DNA of 38,640 nucleotides from contig NC_068986.1 in NCBI RefSeq assembly GCF_001194135.2, positions 74,305,298 through 74,343,937 of the forward strand, read 5' to 3'. Below, piece by piece: positions 34,870 to 38,640 of this stretch (position 1 is its first letter; every line of letters starts with the position of its first letter). The translations under genes were made by a program, and so were the position numbers. The notes under the pieces were generated by a model, which was not told where the DNA came from, made no database searches, and was given only the letters and a program-made list of their open reading frames with translations. This DNA is from Octopus bimaculoides (Eukaryota).

Positions 34870-35524
34870 CTGCCAATGAGAGACTGTCTCGGTGGTCATT
34901 TGATATGGTAGAAGTAGCAACCAACTATCTCTGAAATCACACCTTACTGTCTCAAACAAGAACAAACACATTGGATAATGTAGTCCTAGACACCCTTTGT
35001 CTCTACGTCCTTCAAGCTTTTATCCTGAAGACACAGATCCTTAGTCTTTGTTAAGCTGTAATTTTCTTCACCAACAAAGGATTTTGTATTCACAACCAGT
35101 CATCTATCCTAGTCCTGTTGTATGCAAAATCTATCTAGCTTGTGTGTCTGGCTTGTGTTTCTGGTAGATGATCAAATGGTTGGTGATGTTATCAAAGTTA
35201 GTTTTACAAAAAGTCAGGTTATTTGTGTCAGAACTTCAAGCGTCTTGATTTCTTCATTCCTTGCTCTATATCTTTAACCTCCATGTACATTAGAGTAGCA
35301 ATCATTGTATTACCCAGTAAATCACCAGCCATGACAAAGAGGTCACTACCATTCATTACTGTCTATGATTTCCTAGAAAAAGGATCTCATAGAAACAGAA
35401 ATTTTGTTCATGTTAACCCTGATTGGAGTGCAATGTAGAGATTACTGTTTCCATCACACTGTTAATAAGTTTAAACTCAGATGTTTTATTACATATTCTG
35501 ACCATCTCCATAACTTTATCCATT

Positions 35525-35534
35525 TATCTATCTG

Positions 35535-35585
<51 letters not shown>

Positions 35586-35735
35586 GTCTGTCTTTCTGTC
35601 TCTCTGTCTCCATCCATCCATCCATCTATCTGTCTATCTATCTAAATAGACTATCTGTCTGTCCATCCATCAATCCGTCTGTCTGTCTATCTATCAATAT
35701 ACCCCCCACACACAAACACACACACACACACACAC
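35525..35735. repeat. (ATCT)n/(ATCC)n/(GTCT)n tetranucleotide tract followed by (CA)n
   Basis: Seen directly in the sequence. Confidence 0.9.
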
Positions 35736-35810
35736 ATCAATTTTATCAATTGACCAATTGATTGATGACAGGTAATTCTGCCCACTTTCTGTTTTGGGCT
35801 CTGTCTGTAA

Positions 35811-36119
<309 letters not shown>

Positions 36120-37091
36120 TAAATGTACTCATTAATCTGTTAATGATGTAATTAGTTCCTTTAAAGAACTAATTAAGTAAATAATTTGTTTAATGAAAAT
36201 AGAGATCTTTAGTAATAATTAAGCATTTCCTTTCAGATTCCAAAATTTCTGAGATATATAACTAAAATATTACCAGAACTTGTATTAAAACTTGAAAATA
36301 GGTGACAAAAAATATTGTATTTTCTTGACCACAATTTATGGCCAAAAATACATAGGTCAACATATACCCCAAAACAGCTTTGGAAGACCAAAAATTCCAT
36401 GAGAAATGCAGCAATATTTGGAAAGATAGAATCAATGTTTGAATGTTTACACTGCATGTTCACACTATACTCAATATTGACTTGTATGCCAGGAATTACA
36501 GGCACCAAGACTGTTGCTTATGAATTTCTGCTCAAAGTAGGTGTATAAGTAACTGCCACATTTCATATCTTTTGAATTAATTCTTTTAATAGCAGCCCTC
36601 ATGCAGGCATAACAGTATTTTGGTTCCCAACAGTACACAAGCTGCATGACATTTCAGTCATTTTTGCCATAGCTCAATGTAAGGCATTCTCTTATTGGCT
36701 GATAGTTGAATATTGAGTGTTAACATGTCAAAGCATCACTAGAGGCTCCACTACCACCACCACCACCACTATTACCACTGCATGCATTCTTGTGAAATTT
36801 CTGTGATTTGCGTGTCATTACAACCTATATTTTCTATGGCATATTTATAGACTTAAATGCTCAAAAGCAACTTGGCGGCACTCAGGATTTCATGCCATCC
36901 TGTTCGCAAAAGGTGATCTTCAAGTACATTCCATACTTTTTCCTTGCTTCAGACAGTCAGTTGGAGTTGAAATGAACAACACAGGATTATTATCCAACTT
37001 ACACACCAGATCATAATCTTGTGTTCTACATATTGTAATTATGACATACAATCACAGGGCAAATTACCATATATTGTTTGACTTTTTTTTA

Positions 37092-37250
37092 TAGGCACAG
37101 GTGGGGCTGTATGGTAAGAAGCATGCTTCCCAGCCATATGGTTCAAAGTTTAGTCCCACTGTGTGGCTCCTTAGGCAAGTGTCTTCTACTATAGTCTTGG
37201 ACCGACAAAAATATTGCGAGTGGGTTTGGTTGAGAGAAACTGAAAGTAAC
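37092..37250 (+). mobile_element. SINE family B, 5' part, followed by (TA)n and a gap
   Basis: AGGCACAGGTGGGGCTGTATGGTAAG...GGCAAGTGTCTTCTACTATAG. Confidence 0.75.
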
Positions 37251-37253
37251 CTT

Positions 37254-37287
<34 letters not shown>

Positions 37288-37819
37288 NNNNNNNNNNNNN
37301 NNNNNNNNNNNNNNNNNNNNNNNNNNNNNNNNNNNNNNNNNNNNNNNNNNNNNNNNNNNNNNNNNNNNNNNNNNNNNNNNNNNNNNNNNNNNNNNNNNNN
37401 NNNNNNNNNNNNNNNNNNNNNNNNNNNNNNNNNNNNNNNNNNNNNNNNNNNNNNNNNNNNNNNNNNNNNNNNNNNNNNNNNNNNNNNNNNNNNNNNNNNN
37501 NNNNNNNNNNNNNNNNNNNNNNNNNNNNNNNNNNNNNNNNNNNNNNNNNNNNNNNNNNNNNNNNNNNNNNNNNNNNNNNNNNNNNNNNNNNNNNNNNNNN
37601 NNNNNNNNNNNNNNNNNNNNNNNNNNNNNNNNNNNNNNNNNNNNNNNNNNNNNNNNNNNNNNNNNNNNNNNNNNNNNNNNNNNNNNNNNNNNNNNNNNNN
37701 NNNNNNNNNNNNNNNNNNNNNNNNNNNNNNNNNNNNNNNNNNNNNNNNNNNNNNNNNNNNNNNNNNNNNNNNNNNNNNNNNNNNNNNNNNNNNNNNNNNN
37801 NNNNNNNNNNNNNNNNNNN

Positions 37820-38400
37820 AGTTTCTTTTTTCTTCTGCTTTAGAGTTAAAATATGCTGATTTTATAGTTTTAACTTTTAAAAGGCCTAAAAAGGCTGATT
37901 TCATAGTTTGGCCTTTTTGTTTTTAGGTTTTTAAAGACTCTTAGAGCTAGAAAAGGATAATAAGAAAACTCCAAGGGAATACAATATTAGTATTAAACTA
38001 AAATAGATTATTGATAAAGTGGCCATAAAAAAAAAAAAAAATTTATGAAAAACACGATAAATACATAATTGAATTTTCTTCTTCTCTATTTTGTTCATGA
38101 AATGCATGTTGCCCTTCATGAAATTTAGTATGTCATAGTTTTCATCAGATGGGGATGATATCTTGGCCCTCAAGATGTCCTTGCTCATAGAGCACAAATG
38201 CTCTACTGCAGCACTGGAGAGGATGGCTGTGTTGAACTTGATGAACAAGTCCATCAAAGAAGCATCTGTCAGCAAGTCCTTGGAGTTGGTCTCCAACCAG
38301 GTCTTGACAAAATTCTGGGCCTTGTCCTTGAGTGCCATATAACCCCCTCATAACTCTTTTATTTTTAGAATTTTCAGAAAACTTTTGCACAGGAATCCAT
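37820..38400 (-). mobile_element. 3' portion of a hAT element: C-terminal dimerisation domain remnant and subterminal region
   Basis: ORF 37931..38338 contains LFIKFNTAILSSAAVEHLCSMSKDILRAKISSPSDENYDILNFMKGN, a degenerate hAT dimerisation motif (NTxIPSSAxVERLFS...KRxxLSDENF). It is truncated by a gap. Confidence 0.75.
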
Positions 38401-38640
38401 ACAATTTTGGGGAAATTTTTTTTTTTTTTGCGAATTTTTTTTTTTTTTTAATTATAGTTTAAAATACAGACAGTCTGAATTGTTTGCTTAAATTCCAACA
38501 AGAGACTTTTATTAAATGTGCTTTATGGGCAGAAAGACATTGAAAAACATCAATACACCAGAATGACAAAGAAACAAGGAGGGCCTCAGGTGGTTGTGAG
38601 GTGTGCTAAAAATAACAGCTAAATAGCTCCTAAATCACAC

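Overview
AT-rich, repeat-dense eukaryotic DNA, mostly intronic, with seven assembly gaps (about 2.1 kb of N). The microsatellite load and tRNA-headed SINE families suggest an octopus or other coleoid cephalopod; this is an inference, not verified. The only host coding sequence I can support is three + strand GT-AG exons (16718-16897, 20072-20292, 35915-36092). They join in frame into 193 aa covering the MyTH4 domain and the start of the FERM region of a PLEKHH1/2 (C. elegans max-1)-like gene. The middle exon is absent from the supplied ORF track. The rest is mobile and repetitive DNA: at least six SINE-like families, decayed pogo, mariner and two hAT transposase remnants, a hAT MITE, nested piggyBac-type MITEs, a probable Helitron, a U6 retrocopy with target-site duplication (TSD), and tandem repeats. 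The most interesting signal is in the first 7 kb: four minimal type I hammerhead-ribozyme motifs from two unrelated repeat families, each family present as an inverted pair, plus a decayed fifth motif. One family has a tRNA-derived Pol III head joined to a hammerhead-containing tail, which suggests a ribozyme-bearing SINE. Family assignments rest on motif recall; no database search was run.
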